DNA of 64,000 nt, taken from positions 13,753-77,752 of the forward strand of contig CAWJBB010000031.1 in NCBI GenBank assembly GCA_963840855.1, in the 5' to 3' direction. Shown here piece by piece: positions 19,578-29,770 of the stretch. Under the pieces are notes generated by a model. That model worked only from the letters and a program-made list of their open reading frames with translations. It was not told the origin of the DNA and ran no database searches. Made by a program: the position numbers and the translations under genes. This DNA comes from an uncultured delta proteobacterium (GTDB lineage Bacteria > Desulfobacterota > Binatia > UBA9968). The stretch's first letter is position 1. Every line of letters begins with the position of its first letter.

Positions 19578-21845
19578 TTGGCCGAACCGCAAAACGAAAA
19601 ATTATCCCTGCAAGGCACCGTCGGCAGGATCACCTACCATAATCCTGAAAACCATTACACCGTCGCGCGCTTGGATTCCGACCTTGGTCCAGGAACGACG
19701 ATCGTAGGCACGATCTTCCCCGTATCGGAAGGGGAAGAGATCAAGGTCACGGGCGCGTGGAAGCGGCATCCGCGTTATGGCTTGCAGTTCCAAGTTGATC
19801 ACTGGCACAAAGTCGATCCGGCGACCATCGAAGGCATCGAAAAGTATCTCGGCTCCGGCTTCATCAAAGGCATCGGCCCCACCTATGCGAAGCGACTGGT
19901 CCGGGCATTCGGATTAAACACGCTGCAAATTCTCACGGAGCAGCCGCTGCGCATTTTGGAAGTCGAAGGGATCGGCGAGGTGCGCGCGCGCCGGATCATG
20001 CAGGCTTGGCAGAAGCAGCGCGGCATGCAGGACGTCATGGTTTTTCTTCAGGGACACGGCGTCGGCGCGGCGCTGGCGCTGAGGATCTACCGGGTCTTTG
20101 GCTCGCAGACCATCGCGCGGGTCCAAGAAAATCCGTATGCGCTGGCGCGGGAAGTCCATGGCGTCGGGTTTGTGATTGCCGACCGCATCGCCCATAGCAT
20201 CGGTATTCGCGGCGATTTTCCGCTGCGCGTTCAAGCCGGCGTGTTGCACATGCTGCGCGAGGCGGCGGAGCGCGGCCACTGTTTCCTACCGTTGCTCGCG
20301 CTGGGAAAAACCGCCGCCGAGATGCTGGCAGTGGAAGGGGAGAGAGTCGAGATCGCGGTCGAGAAGCTTGCCGCGGCGGGCGATGTCGTCGTGCCGGCGA
20401 CTCCAGGAGGCGATGATAAACGCGTTTATCTCATCGAGCTTTTTGAGGCCGAGAAGCGGGTAGCGGCGGCCATCACGCGGCTGATCTCGGGAACTTCGTT
20501 TCTCGAAGGAGAACGGGCGCCGCGCCCATGGGAAAAAGGCAAGACCGTCGCCCGCGGCGCCATCGATTTCACCGGCGGTAGTCTGTTTTCCGCGTTGCCC
20601 ATCTCGCTCGACGAGGACCAGAACCAAGCCGCCCGGCGGGCGCTTCGAGAGAAAGTGTTCGTGATCACGGGCGGACCCGGCACGGGGAAAACGACGCTCT
20701 TGATGTCGTTGTTGGCAATTCTTCGGCGCGCCAAGGTCACCTTCGCGCTGGCCGCGCCCACCGGCCGGGCCGCCAAACGCATGAGTGAGACTTCCGGCGA
20801 AGAAGCGACGACGATTCATCGCCTGCTCGAATATAATCCCCGGGAAGGGGGTTTTCAGCGCGCTGAAGACAATCCGCTGCAAGTGGACGTGGTGATCGTC
20901 GATGAGGCGTCGATGATCGATTTGACCTTGATGGATCATCTCTTGCGAGCCATCGATCCGCACAGCCATCTTATCCTGGTCGGCGATGTCGATCAGCTGC
21001 CGTCGGTGGGACCGGGGAGCGTGCTCAAGGACTTGATCGATTCCCAAGTCGTGCCGGTGGCGGTGCTCAGCCGCATTTTCCGACAGGAGCGGGAAAGTTT
21101 GATCGTCGTCAATGCGCACCGGATCTTGCGGGGCCAAGGGCTCGAGTTCGCCAATGCCCGCGAACGGCGCGATTTCGATTTCATCGCGCGCGAGAGCGAG
21201 GAAGAGGTCTTGGCGGTGATCAAGGAGCTGGTGCGGGAAAGAGTTCCGAAGATGCTTCAATTGCGCCCCGGTGAAGAGGCCCAGGCGGTGCAAGTGTTGA
21301 CACCGATGCACCGCGGTCTGCTTGGCACGATGCAACTGAACCGGGAGTTGCAGCAGCTCTTGAATCCGGCGGGAGAGGCGCTGGAAAGGAACGGGACGGT
21401 TTTGCGCGTGCGTGACAAGGTCATGCAGCTGCGCAATAATTACGACAAGGGAATATTCAACGGCGACCTTGGCCGGATCGTCAGCATCGAGAAGGAAGAG
21501 GGCAAGATTCGCGTCGATTTCGATGACAAGTTGGTGGAATATGAATCGGACGAGTGGGATGAAATTAGCCTCGCCTATGCGACATCCATCCATAAGAGTC
21601 AGGGGAGCGAATATCCGGCGGTGATTTTGCCGCTCCATACCTCCCACTACATGATGCTCTACCGGAGCATTCTCTACACCGCAGTGACCCGCGGCAAAAA
21701 GCTGGTCATCGTCGTCGGTAGCCGCAGAGCGTTGGCGATGGCGATCCGCAACGTCCGCGTCGAAAAAAGAAATACAGGATTACGAGAACGGCTGGCCGCG
21801 TTTCAACAGTCGCAAACGGGCAACCCGCCGGTTGCGGCTAATTGA
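19578..21845 (+). CDS. recD2: RecD2 / TraA-family SF1B helicase
   Basis: N-terminal OB/HhH region, GGPGTGKTT, APTGRAAKR, VDEASM, HKSQGSE. Confidence 0.95.
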   Translation: MAEPQNEKLSLQGTVGRITYHNPENHYTVARLDSDLGPGTTIVGTIFPVSEGEEIKVTGAWKRHPRYGLQFQVDHWHKVDPATIEGIEKYLGSGFIKGIGPTYAKRLVRAFGLNTLQILTEQPLRILEVEGIGEVRARRIMQAWQKQRGMQDVMVFLQGHGVGAALALRIYRVFGSQTIARVQENPYALAREVHGVGFVIADRIAHSIGIRGDFPLRVQAGVLHMLREAAERGHCFLPLLALGKTAAEMLAVEGERVEIAVEKLAAAGDVVVPATPGGDDKRVYLIELFEAEKRVAAAITRLISGTSFLEGERAPRPWEKGKTVARGAIDFTGGSLFSALPISLDEDQNQAARRALREKVFVITGGPGTGKTTLLMSLLAILRRAKVTFALAAPTGRAAKRMSETSGEEATTIHRLLEYNPREGGFQRAEDNPLQVDVVIVDEASMIDLTLMDHLLRAIDPHSHLILVGDVDQLPSVGPGSVLKDLIDSQVVPVAVLSRIFRQERESLIVVNAHRILRGQGLEFANARERRDFDFIARESEEEVLAVIKELVRERVPKMLQLRPGEEAQAVQVLTPMHRGLLGTMQLNRELQQLLNPAGEALERNGTVLRVRDKVMQLRNNYDKGIFNGDLGRIVSIEKEEGKIRVDFDDKLVEYESDEWDEISLAYATSIHKSQGSEYPAVILPLHTSHYMMLYRSILYTAVTRGKKLVIVVGSRRALAMAIRNVRVEKRNTGLRERLAAFQQSQTGNPPVAAN

Positions 21846-22539
21846 ACAGCCTGCCGAGTCTCTTGTCGGCGTGGTAGATTCCCAGTTTTTTCAAGCAGGC
21901 CCAGATCGTTGCCTGATTGCTGTTGACCACAGGCTTGCCGAGATCATGCTCGAGATCATTGACGGCTTCGATCATGCGCGTATTGGTGCAACTTAGAAAA
22001 TAGCCATCCGCTTCCGGACGGGTGTTTTCTTTCACGACTTTCTTCCATTCCTCCGGGGTTACAGTGGCGTAGGCCTGAGTCTCCAACCCAAGGCCTAACT
22101 CGTGCAACACGGTGTAACCCGTCTCAGCCAAATAGTTCACTTCGAGTTGATTGGTTGCTTGCACGTAGGGGCTGATGAGCACCAGCTTCTTGATGCCGAA
22201 GCGGTCGAAAGCCTGCGTAATGGCCTGCGCCGTCGTGATGGTCGGGCAGCCGCTGGCACGCTCGACAATCTCGACGATGGCTTTTTCGTGCGCCAGGCCA
22301 TTTTCCATCGAGTTCGCCGTGCAATGGAATACAATCACACCCGGTTTTACGTCGGAAAGCGCTTCCGCGGCTTCGGTCAGAGGCCGTTTTAGCTCCTCCA
22401 GCGGCTTGCGGAACTTTCCGGTCATGCGCAACCGGGTGATATGAACGCCCACGCCCGACGGCAGGTAGGCGTTGAACTGCGGCTCCGTCAAACGGTTGCC
22501 TGAAGGAATGATAAGCCCGATGCGGGGTTGGGTATCCAT
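21838..22539 (-). CDS. Asp/Glu racemase / maleate isomerase family protein
   Basis: GLIIPSGN, FHCTA, LSCTN, PVVNSNQA. Confidence 0.85.
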   Translation of the reverse strand: MDTQPRIGLIIPSGNRLTEPQFNAYLPSGVGVHITRLRMTGKFRKPLEELKRPLTEAAEALSDVKPGVIVFHCTANSMENGLAHEKAIVEIVERASGCPTITTAQAITQAFDRFGIKKLVLISPYVQATNQLEVNYLAETGYTVLHELGLGLETQAYATVTPEEWKKVVKENTRPEADGYFLSCTNTRMIEAVNDLEHDLGKPVVNSNQATIWACLKKLGIYHADKRLGRLFN

Positions 22540-22558
22540 ACGACCTCACCTCAACAGC

Positions 22559-22633
22559 CGATCAAGACGTTCAAAAAAGTTCAAATCGTTCAAAACGTTT
22601 TGAACGGCTGGAACGATTGGAACGGTTTGAACG
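22559..22633. repeat. Foldback GTTCAA 9-mer array with a perfect palindromic centre
   Basis: gttcaaaaaa gttcaaatc gttcaaaac|gttttgaac ggctggaac gattggaac ggtttgaac. Confidence 0.9.
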
Positions 22634-22651
22634 GGAGCGCAGCGACAATAT

Positions 22652-23746
22652 TTATAACCCCACCGCCCCAAGGCTATAAAATCGGCGCGCGTTGCCGTGC
22701 AAGAATGCTGCTTTGTCGGCGGCGCTAATGTCTTCGTTCTCCAGGAACTCGTTGATCTCGTGCTTACAGAACTCGTTATTCACTTCATGCGGATAGTCGC
22801 TGGAGAATACGAACGGTTTGCTGCCGACCCGGCGGATGGCGTGAGCGATATCGGGTTCCTCGCCTTCGCAGCCGACGAAAATCCGTCCGGCGTCGATGTG
22901 GCGTTGAACGTATTCGCCGATTTTTTCTTTAGGTTTGAGTTCGAGGAAGCGTTTGCGCGGGTCATGCTGAATATGAGTCTCCCAGGAGCGGTCGAAGCGC
23001 TCCAGGCACATCAGCAGCCAGGCGACGCCGCCTTCCATGAAGCCGAATTTTACGTTGGGGAACTTGTCGAAAATGCCGTTGAACACCATACCGCCGAAGG
23101 AAATCATCTGGCCGAACGGATGACCCAGGGCGTGCACCGGCGCGTAAGGCGTCAGGTCGTCGAGTCCCATGTTTTCATGGGCGCCACCGTGGACGCCGAT
23201 GGCGCAGCCGAGCTTATTGGCTTCCTCGTAAATCGGCCAGTAGCGCGGGTCGCCGAGATTGGCTTGAATGCCGGTGGACGGTAGCATGGCGCCGCACAAA
23301 CCGAGCTCTTTGACGATTCGTCTAAGCTCGTCAACCGCCGCGGATGGTTCTTGGAGCGGAACGAGGCCCATACCCTTAAAACGGGGGCTGCGTTTCATGT
23401 AGGTGTTGTAGAGCCAATCGTTGTAGGCGCGGGCGACGTCGATGGCCCAGTCCCGGCTGACGATCTTGCCGAACGAAAGACCGAGCGTTGTGTAAAGAAC
23501 CGTGGTCTCGATGCCTACGTCTTCGAGAAAGTCGACCCAACCGTCAGGACCGACTTTATTGAATGCTCCGGGCTGAAAATCGTGCAAGTTCGACGAATGA
23601 AGATGGTCCAGCGGGGGAAACAAGTTATAAAAAGTATGGGTCTCAAACTTCTCCTGATAAGGCTTCGGCATGTATCGGACCATTTCACTGTAATCCTCGA
23701 TTACATGCCCGTCACCATCGATGATGGTGTGTCCGTTGAACGCCAT
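22652..23746 (-). CDS. Amidohydrolase_2 family protein
   Basis: IDGDGH, GVHGG, MEGGVAW, SSDYPH; GGAGG SD upstream of ATG 23746. Confidence 0.9.
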   Translation of the reverse strand: MAFNGHTIIDGDGHVIEDYSEMVRYMPKPYQEKFETHTFYNLFPPLDHLHSSNLHDFQPGAFNKVGPDGWVDFLEDVGIETTVLYTTLGLSFGKIVSRDWAIDVARAYNDWLYNTYMKRSPRFKGMGLVPLQEPSAAVDELRRIVKELGLCGAMLPSTGIQANLGDPRYWPIYEEANKLGCAIGVHGGAHENMGLDDLTPYAPVHALGHPFGQMISFGGMVFNGIFDKFPNVKFGFMEGGVAWLLMCLERFDRSWETHIQHDPRKRFLELKPKEKIGEYVQRHIDAGRIFVGCEGEEPDIAHAIRRVGSKPFVFSSDYPHEVNNEFCKHEINEFLENEDISAADKAAFLHGNARRFYSLGAVGL

Positions 23747-23826
23747 AACCCCGTCCTCCTTAACTGTCTTGCTGCGTGCTAGGTCATCAAGTAGAGGGTG
23801 GTTTGTCAAGACCGCATGGCGGGTCC

Positions 23827-24486
23827 TCACTGTATCGTGGCGGTTACCACCAGGTTAGTTTCACTGCTGCTGCTGCGGTCTCGGTAGCCAAGTATCTGGC
23901 GGGTGACCTCATGGATCTGGGTTGTTGCGCCGCCGAGCGAAACCGGCTGGTTGTTGGGCACGACCAGCTCGGTCGCCGCTTCGGTTAAGTCGATGGCCCC
24001 GGCGCGTTCCGCGGAGAAGTAGCTGATTCGCGGCGTAAGTGTTACGCGTATTTGCTCATCGGGAAGAACTGTGGCGCTGACCCGAAGGGAAGTTCCCACA
24101 TCGTTAAAAATGACGCGCCGTTCAATATAGCCGGCGCCGGCGGCGTAGTTGTAGTAATAGACCGCCTCGCTGGCAGGCACGCGGGTGGCGACGCTGAGGA
24201 TCGATTCGCCGCCGTCACGAACCAGTGTGAAGATCCCGCTGGAGCGCTGCACCGTGGTTTGGCGGTCGCCGGCGGTGACGCGCCCCGATGGCTGAACCGT
24301 TCCGCGGCGGATGATGACGCTGCCCGATCCCTGCAACGACTCCTGGCTGCTCGCGCCGGATTGCTGGGTCTCGACGACGACCTTAATGTTGCGGCTAACT
24401 TGACTATGGCCGATCCCCGCGGCGCTGAGCGCGAGACCAAGAATCAGCGCCAGCCCGGTCTTAAAGATTGTTCCTGTTCTCAACAT
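23827..24486 (-). CDS. Secreted protein with a short secretin-like C-terminal domain
   Basis: Signal peptide; DVGTSLRVSATV...VTLTP...TELVV...VSLGG resembles secretin beta-barrel segments. Confidence 0.55.
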   Translation of the reverse strand: MLRTGTIFKTGLALILGLALSAAGIGHSQVSRNIKVVVETQQSGASSQESLQGSGSVIIRRGTVQPSGRVTAGDRQTTVQRSSGIFTLVRDGGESILSVATRVPASEAVYYYNYAAGAGYIERRVIFNDVGTSLRVSATVLPDEQIRVTLTPRISYFSAERAGAIDLTEAATELVVPNNQPVSLGGATTQIHEVTRQILGYRDRSSSSETNLVVTATIQ

Positions 24487-24502
24487 CGATGGCGGGGGCC
24501 TC

Positions 24503-25453
24503 TCACCGGCTCCCTGGCAGCAGAGAAAAATCCACTAGCTTCATGGGATCGAAGTCTGCTGGGATGGGCCGCTCGTGGCGCAAGAGTTCGACATAGCCGC
24601 GGGCGACTTTGGCATTGAGGCGGCCATCTTTATTCAACAGCTTGATCAAAGTCGCGTAAGTGTTTTCCGCTTCGGGTTGGTTCACTTTGAATTTATCGAC
24701 GATCATCTTGCTGGCCTCGTTGCGGTTGGCGCGAAGCCAGGCGAGGGAGTCGAACACCGCCGCGATGGTGCGGCGCACGGACTCCCGGTTATTCTTAATT
24801 TCCGCCTGCGATGTCACCAGGCCGACGTAAGGGATATCCGCGAGATCCCCGAGCTGCATGAACTTTTTGTAGCCGAGGGAAACTGCCTTGTCGTCGAATG
24901 GCGGTGTCAGAATCGTGGCGACCACACGGTTGGCTGTCAAAGCGCGAAAACTGTCTGCTGTGCCGCCAGTGCTGATGGTGTTGACATCCTTCTCGTTGAT
25001 TTCTGATTTCTTCAAGAACGCTTGAAAAAAATAATAGGGCGAGGTGCGGATCCCTGAGAGCGCGACTGTTTTACCGATAAGATCTTGTGGCTTGTTAATG
25101 TCCTTGTGGGTGACCAGCACCCACGGCGACGTGTCGCAGAAGCTGATAACAATGACTAGCGGCAGACCGGCAATTGCCGCGGAAATTCCCGTGGACACCG
25201 AAGTCAAATAGTTGATGTTGCCGGCAAGGACGGCCTGAGGCTGAATCGTGCTACCCATCTGAATATATTCAGACTCGATGCCATACTTTTTGTAGAATCC
25301 TTTTTCTTGGGCCACGTAGAACGGCATGTAGGAAAAGGCCAGGGACGGAAAGCCGATTCTTATCTTATACGGGCTTTCCGCTCCCTGAGCCATGAGCGGC
25401 AAGATATTCAGAATCGCGAACAAAGAAACGACGACGGAAAATCGCAGCTTCAT
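24503..25453 (-). CDS. ABC substrate-binding protein, NitT/TauT (SsuA/THI5) family
   Basis: Signal peptide MKLRFS...; YVAQEKGFYKKYGI, DLIGKTVA. Confidence 0.88.
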   Translation of the reverse strand: MKLRFSVVVSLFAILNILPLMAQGAESPYKIRIGFPSLAFSYMPFYVAQEKGFYKKYGIESEYIQMGSTIQPQAVLAGNINYLTSVSTGISAAIAGLPLVIVISFCDTSPWVLVTHKDINKPQDLIGKTVALSGIRTSPYYFFQAFLKKSEINEKDVNTISTGGTADSFRALTANRVVATILTPPFDDKAVSLGYKKFMQLGDLADIPYVGLVTSQAEIKNNRESVRRTIAAVFDSLAWLRANRNEASKMIVDKFKVNQPEAENTYATLIKLLNKDGRLNAKVARGYVELLRHERPIPADFDPMKLVDFSLLPGSR

Positions 25454-25464
25454 GTTTGCGACCC

Positions 25465-26664
25465 TTACGCAGTGGCTGCTTTTGCCAGGCCGCCGTTCCA
25501 ACTCTGCCGCGCGATTTTCAGCGCATTGGCCTGCGGCAGATTCCTCAGCTTGAAGAATTCGACAGCGTTCCTGCCCAGCAGCTTTTCTTTCTGCTTGAAC
25601 GACAGGTCTTTGCCGTCGACGACATCCTGCACCGAGTAAGGAAAGTGGCAGTCCCAGTGACAGTAGTCCGACGCGTACATGACGGTGTTCTCGCCGTTGG
25701 CCGCAAAAACACGGTCGAGGCCGGTTTCCTCGGACTCGCAAGTCAGAGTGATTTGCTCGCTGCGAATGATGTCGGTGGGCTGCCGTTTCAGTTCCGGCAT
25801 TTGCGGCGCCAGTTTCTCGATATGCTCGTCGAAACGTTCCGCCCAGAAGGGCAGCCAGCCGGCGCCGCCTTCCATGAAACCGACTCTGAGTTTCGGATAG
25901 CGGTCGAAGACGCCTTCGCCAATCATGTGCATCATGGCGATCATCAACTCGAACGGAAATGCGGTCATGTGGACATAGACATACTTGCGAAATCGCTCGC
26001 TGCCGGCGCCCATGACTCCGGAAACACCGGGAACTCCGTCGTGGCCGGTTTGCGGATGGACGCTGAGCGGCATGGCCAAGGATTGCGCGCAGTCGTAGAT
26101 CGGATCGAACATGGGGTCGCCCATGTTATTGAGGCCGTAAACGTTGGTTGGAAGCATGGCAGTCACCGCGCCCGCTTTGGCGAGAAACTCCAGTTCTTTC
26201 ACCGCCGCCGGCGGATCCTGGCATGGGATCAAACCCACCGCGAGAAGCCGTTTCTTGTCGGCGGAGCAGTATTCGATCAGCCACTCGTTAACCGCACGGC
26301 AAAGCGCCGCCGCCAGTTCCTTACTCATCAAACCATTCACCGTGAGCGCGATCTGCGTGCCGAAAAGAATCGCGACGTCGATGCCTTCCTGGTCCATGTC
26401 TATGAGCCGAGCGTTGGGATCCACCATGCCCTCCCGAAATCCCCGCGCTTTTTCCGTCATCGGTCCGGAGACTCCAGGGCCGAGTCCCTGCGACGCGGAC
26501 CAGAGGCGTCCTTCGAGGAGCATGCGCGAATTTCCCTCGTTGTCTTGCATGCGAATCGGTGCCTGGGAGCGCCACTTCTCCGGCATGCGCGGGCGCAAAT
26601 CGATATTGCCTTCGTAGACATGGCCGTCGGCGTCGATCACGAGTACGTCGTCAAAATTGTCCAT
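25465..26664 (-). CDS. Amidohydrolase_2 family protein
   Basis: IDADGH, DMDQEGID, SVHP, MEGGAGW, ASDYCHWD. Confidence 0.9.
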   Translation of the reverse strand: MDNFDDVLVIDADGHVYEGNIDLRPRMPEKWRSQAPIRMQDNEGNSRMLLEGRLWSASQGLGPGVSGPMTEKARGFREGMVDPNARLIDMDQEGIDVAILFGTQIALTVNGLMSKELAAALCRAVNEWLIEYCSADKKRLLAVGLIPCQDPPAAVKELEFLAKAGAVTAMLPTNVYGLNNMGDPMFDPIYDCAQSLAMPLSVHPQTGHDGVPGVSGVMGAGSERFRKYVYVHMTAFPFELMIAMMHMIGEGVFDRYPKLRVGFMEGGAGWLPFWAERFDEHIEKLAPQMPELKRQPTDIIRSEQITLTCESEETGLDRVFAANGENTVMYASDYCHWDCHFPYSVQDVVDGKDLSFKQKEKLLGRNAVEFFKLRNLPQANALKIARQSWNGGLAKAATA

Positions 26665-28373
26665 TAGCGTTTCCCTCCGTCTGCTGGGGTTGGTCTCTTT
26701 GCTTGTTTAGTGTTAACCAGGTCATTTGGCAACTGGGTTTGAGCGTCGACCACCGCTGCTTCGAGCTGGCGCAAGGTCAGCCCTTTTGCGGCGGAGAGAT
26801 TGGCGCCGCTCAAATCGGTCTTGGTTAAAACCGCCTCTTCAAAGTTCGTTCCATCAAGCCGGGCGCCCTTCAAGCTCGCGCCGGCGAGATTGCTCCGGCT
26901 GAGATCGGCGGCGCGCAAGTCGGCGTTGCGCAAATTAGCATGCTGCAGGTCCGCCTCATAGAGAAACGCCTCGCGCAAATCGGCCCACATTAAATCCGCG
27001 TGGCGCAGGGCCGCGTTGTAGAAATAAATTCCCTGCAGATTAGCTCGCGTCATATCCGCCCCGACGAGAAAAACCCGTGTGGCATCGGCAAAGCGTATAT
27101 CCGCGCCGCGCAGTTGGCCGCGCTTGACCATATGGATCTCATCCGCCCCTGCGCCTTTCCAATTCGACAAGCGCGACGATATTTCGACTTCGCGCAGGTT
27201 GGCAAACGTGTTGTAACCGGTTTGCCGAAGGAGCCGCGGCACCCACCGGCGCGCATCCCAGGGGCTAACGTCTGCTCCGATGAGCGAGCCGCCATCGACC
27301 ATGGACTCGAAATCCGGCGGAATTCCCCGGATCGCGCCCCAGGAGAACGCCGTGAACGCGGCCGCCAGCGCGCTCATCCAGACCGCGCGCCGGTACGATC
27401 GCCCGCTGGCGAGTGTTTGCTTGATCGATAAAGGGGCTTCCCGTCTGCCGGCCAGGGTGGCGGTGGCCAGCCGGTAAAGCAGGATAGCGGCGCTCACGGT
27501 CACGGTAACAACGACGATATGTAGCGAGGTGCCGATCCAATCGTGGCGGCGCAGGTAACGGAGCCAGAAAATTAAAATCGTTGCGGGCAGCAGCCACCAA
27601 GTGACCCATACCGTAATCGTCGCCTGAAGACGCGAGAGTGGCGGGCGCCGGTTACTGAGAAATGGATTGTAAGAATAGACCAGGCCGGTGAGTAGCCAAG
27701 GGTAGGCGCGCTTGCCGAGGGAGCGCCCGTCGGGGAAAACTGCCGGCAAATCGGCGAGGCGCTCCCAGAGGCGCTGGAGATGCAGGTGCAGATAGATATA
27801 AAGCAGCAACAACACCAACGGACCGAGGATGTAGACGCCGACGATGGGCACGTCGGCTTTAATGATGGGCAGTGATGACGATGCGGAATTGCTCAATAAC
27901 TCCGCGTCGGTAGTGGTGCCGATGGTGAGCCAGCCGTAGAAGCAGGCGAGCAGCGTTGCGAAATAAAGCCCGCGGGCGTTCTTGGACTCCTCTTCCACCA
28001 CCCGCAATCCATCGAAATCGCCGAACTTGTCCGGCAGGCGCACGCCGCTGAGGTTGGCGCCTGCAAGCTGGGCTGGCAGAAGCCCAACGGTTTTGGTTAG
28101 ATCGGTGTTTTCGAGATTGGCGTTGCGCAGTGTTGCTCTCAGGAGGATCGCTCCCTGAAGGTTGGCATCCCGCAAATCGGCATTTTCGAGATTGGCTGCG
28201 GTCAAGTTGGCGTTGACAAGATCTACGCCGCTGAGAGTCGCCCCGTGCAAATCCGCTGCGGCCAATCGCGCTTCATTAAAAACTCGCTCCCCCGCGGCGT
28301 AACGGCGTAGCAATTCCTCGGCATCAAACGGCGCCGGTGTTTCGCGTGTGATTTCGTCTGCGGTCATTAGCAT
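26664..28373 (-). CDS. Membrane protein with N- and C-terminal pentapeptide repeats
   Basis: A(D/N)LxxA repeats flanking several TM helices. Confidence 0.88.
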   Translation of the reverse strand: MLMTADEITRETPAPFDAEELLRRYAAGERVFNEARLAAADLHGATLSGVDLVNANLTAANLENADLRDANLQGAILLRATLRNANLENTDLTKTVGLLPAQLAGANLSGVRLPDKFGDFDGLRVVEEESKNARGLYFATLLACFYGWLTIGTTTDAELLSNSASSSLPIIKADVPIVGVYILGPLVLLLLYIYLHLHLQRLWERLADLPAVFPDGRSLGKRAYPWLLTGLVYSYNPFLSNRRPPLSRLQATITVWVTWWLLPATILIFWLRYLRRHDWIGTSLHIVVVTVTVSAAILLYRLATATLAGRREAPLSIKQTLASGRSYRRAVWMSALAAAFTAFSWGAIRGIPPDFESMVDGGSLIGADVSPWDARRWVPRLLRQTGYNTFANLREVEISSRLSNWKGAGADEIHMVKRGQLRGADIRFADATRVFLVGADMTRANLQGIYFYNAALRHADLMWADLREAFLYEADLQHANLRNADLRAADLSRSNLAGASLKGARLDGTNFEEAVLTKTDLSGANLSAAKGLTLRQLEAAVVDAQTQLPNDLVNTKQAKRPTPADGGKR

Positions 28374-28374
28374 C

Positions 28375-28447
28375 CGTTCAATTCGTTCAAAAAGTTCCAA
28401 TCGTTCCAAACGTTTTGAATGGCTTAAACGGCTTGAACGTTTTGAAC
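28375..28447. repeat. Foldback GTTCAA 9-mer array between divergent genes
   Basis: gttcaattc gttcaaaaa gttccaatc gttccaaac|gttttgaat ggcttaaac ggcttgaac gttttgaac. Confidence 0.9.
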
Positions 28448-28493
28448 TTCGTGCTCATTGACGCGGCTCCGAGTGTAGGTAGGGGCTCAAAGA

Positions 28494-29759
28494 GTGTCAA
28501 GGGCGCCAGTTGACCCTCACTGGCCGATCCGATATTCACCAGAAGTGATGCAGCAGGTACTGAAAGATTGTCTCAGTGGAAAGTTGCTGAGCCGTTCTGA
28601 GGCTATAATGCTTTCTTCCACTGATGGCGATAACTTGCAGGCCCTTATTGCCGCCGCGGCGGAACTGCGCGACCGCCATAAAGGTCGCGTGGTGACTTTC
28701 TCGCCGAAAGTTTTCGTGCCGTTGACCAATCTGTGCCGCGACTTTTGCGGCTATTGCACTTTCCGCAAAGCTCCCGACGAACCGGGCGTGAAGACGATGA
28801 CGTTGGAAGAGGTGCTCAGCGTCGTCGAGCAAGGAAAGCTGCTCGGTTGCACCGAGGTACTTTTCAGCCTTGGCGACAAGCCCGAAGCGATTTATCCCGA
28901 GATGAAACAATTCTTGACAGAGCGCGGCCACCAACGCACCCTCGATTATCTCCACGAGGCATGCCGTGCCGTCGTGGAGGAAACCGGGCTTCTGCCGCAC
29001 TCGAATCCCGGCATAATGGGCAAGGGCGACTTGCGGCGCCTACGGGAAGTCAACGCCAGCATGGGACTGATGCTCGAGAGCGTCAGTGACCGCTTGCTGT
29101 TGCCTGGTGGCGCCCATGACAACGCGCCGGATAAGACGCCGGCGCTGAGGCTGCGCACGATGGATGAGGCAGGGAAACTCCGAATCCCGTTCACCACCGG
29201 TATTCTCATCGGCATCGGCGAGAGCTGGGCGGAGCGCGTCGAATCGCTGTTTGCGATCCGCGATTTGCATGAACGGTACGGCCATATTCAAGAGGTCATC
29301 ATTCAAAATTTTCGCGCCAAGCCAACGATTCCGATGCGCGGCCATGCCGACGCGACCCGAGACGACATGGTCAAGACCATCGCGTTGGCGAGGCTGATTT
29401 TCGGCGGTGCGATGAATCTGCAAGCACCGCCCAATTTGACGCCCGAGGGCTACGAGCTTTACCTGGAAGCCGGTCTTAACGACTGGGGCGGCGTGTCGCC
29501 GTTGACTCCCGACTTTATCAACCCCGAGGCGCCGTGGCCGGCGTTGCAACGCCTGGAAGAAAAAAGCGCCGAAGCGGGATTCCAACTCAGAGCCCGCTTG
29601 CCGGTGTATCCGGAGTTCCTCGTTCAGGCAGACAAGTTCCTGTCTTCGTCCATGCGCTCCCACGTTGAACGCCTGTGCGACGCCGACGGTTATGTGAAAC
29701 ACGGCGGGCCGCTGCGCTTTTTAGCATCACTCCAATACTCCAGCACTCCAATCCTCTGA
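28494..29759 (+). CDS. cofG: FO synthase subunit CofG (radical SAM)
   Basis: TFSPKVFVPLTNLCRDFCGYC, FTTGILIGIGE, HIQEVIIQNF, NDWGGVSP; start may be ATG 28548. Confidence 0.92.
   Translation: MSRAPVDPHWPIRYSPEVMQQVLKDCLSGKLLSRSEAIMLSSTDGDNLQALIAAAAELRDRHKGRVVTFSPKVFVPLTNLCRDFCGYCTFRKAPDEPGVKTMTLEEVLSVVEQGKLLGCTEVLFSLGDKPEAIYPEMKQFLTERGHQRTLDYLHEACRAVVEETGLLPHSNPGIMGKGDLRRLREVNASMGLMLESVSDRLLLPGGAHDNAPDKTPALRLRTMDEAGKLRIPFTTGILIGIGESWAERVESLFAIRDLHERYGHIQEVIIQNFRAKPTIPMRGHADATRDDMVKTIALARLIFGGAMNLQAPPNLTPEGYELYLEAGLNDWGGVSPLTPDFINPEAPWPALQRLEEKSAEAGFQLRARLPVYPEFLVQADKFLSSSMRSHVERLCDADGYVKHGGPLRFLASLQYSSTPIL
29725..29756. repeat. 8-bp tandem ACTCCAnn array at the cofG/cofD junction
   Basis: catc actccaat actccagc actccaat cct. 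Confidence 0.65.
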
Positions 29760-29770
29760 AGCGTCTTCTT

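Noticed and set aside
25456-26667. 403-aa plus-strand ORF (also 20286-21647, 30098-31183, 36618-37949, 331-972)
   Set aside because: Antisense shadows of well-supported genes in GC-rich DNA, with no recognisable motifs.
28374-28409. N-terminal ORF extensions such as MERLELFERIER (also MNGLNNWNDL at 3784-3822 and ORF 40943-41161)
   Set aside because: These are translations of the repeat arrays; better starts exist downstream, or no real gene is present.
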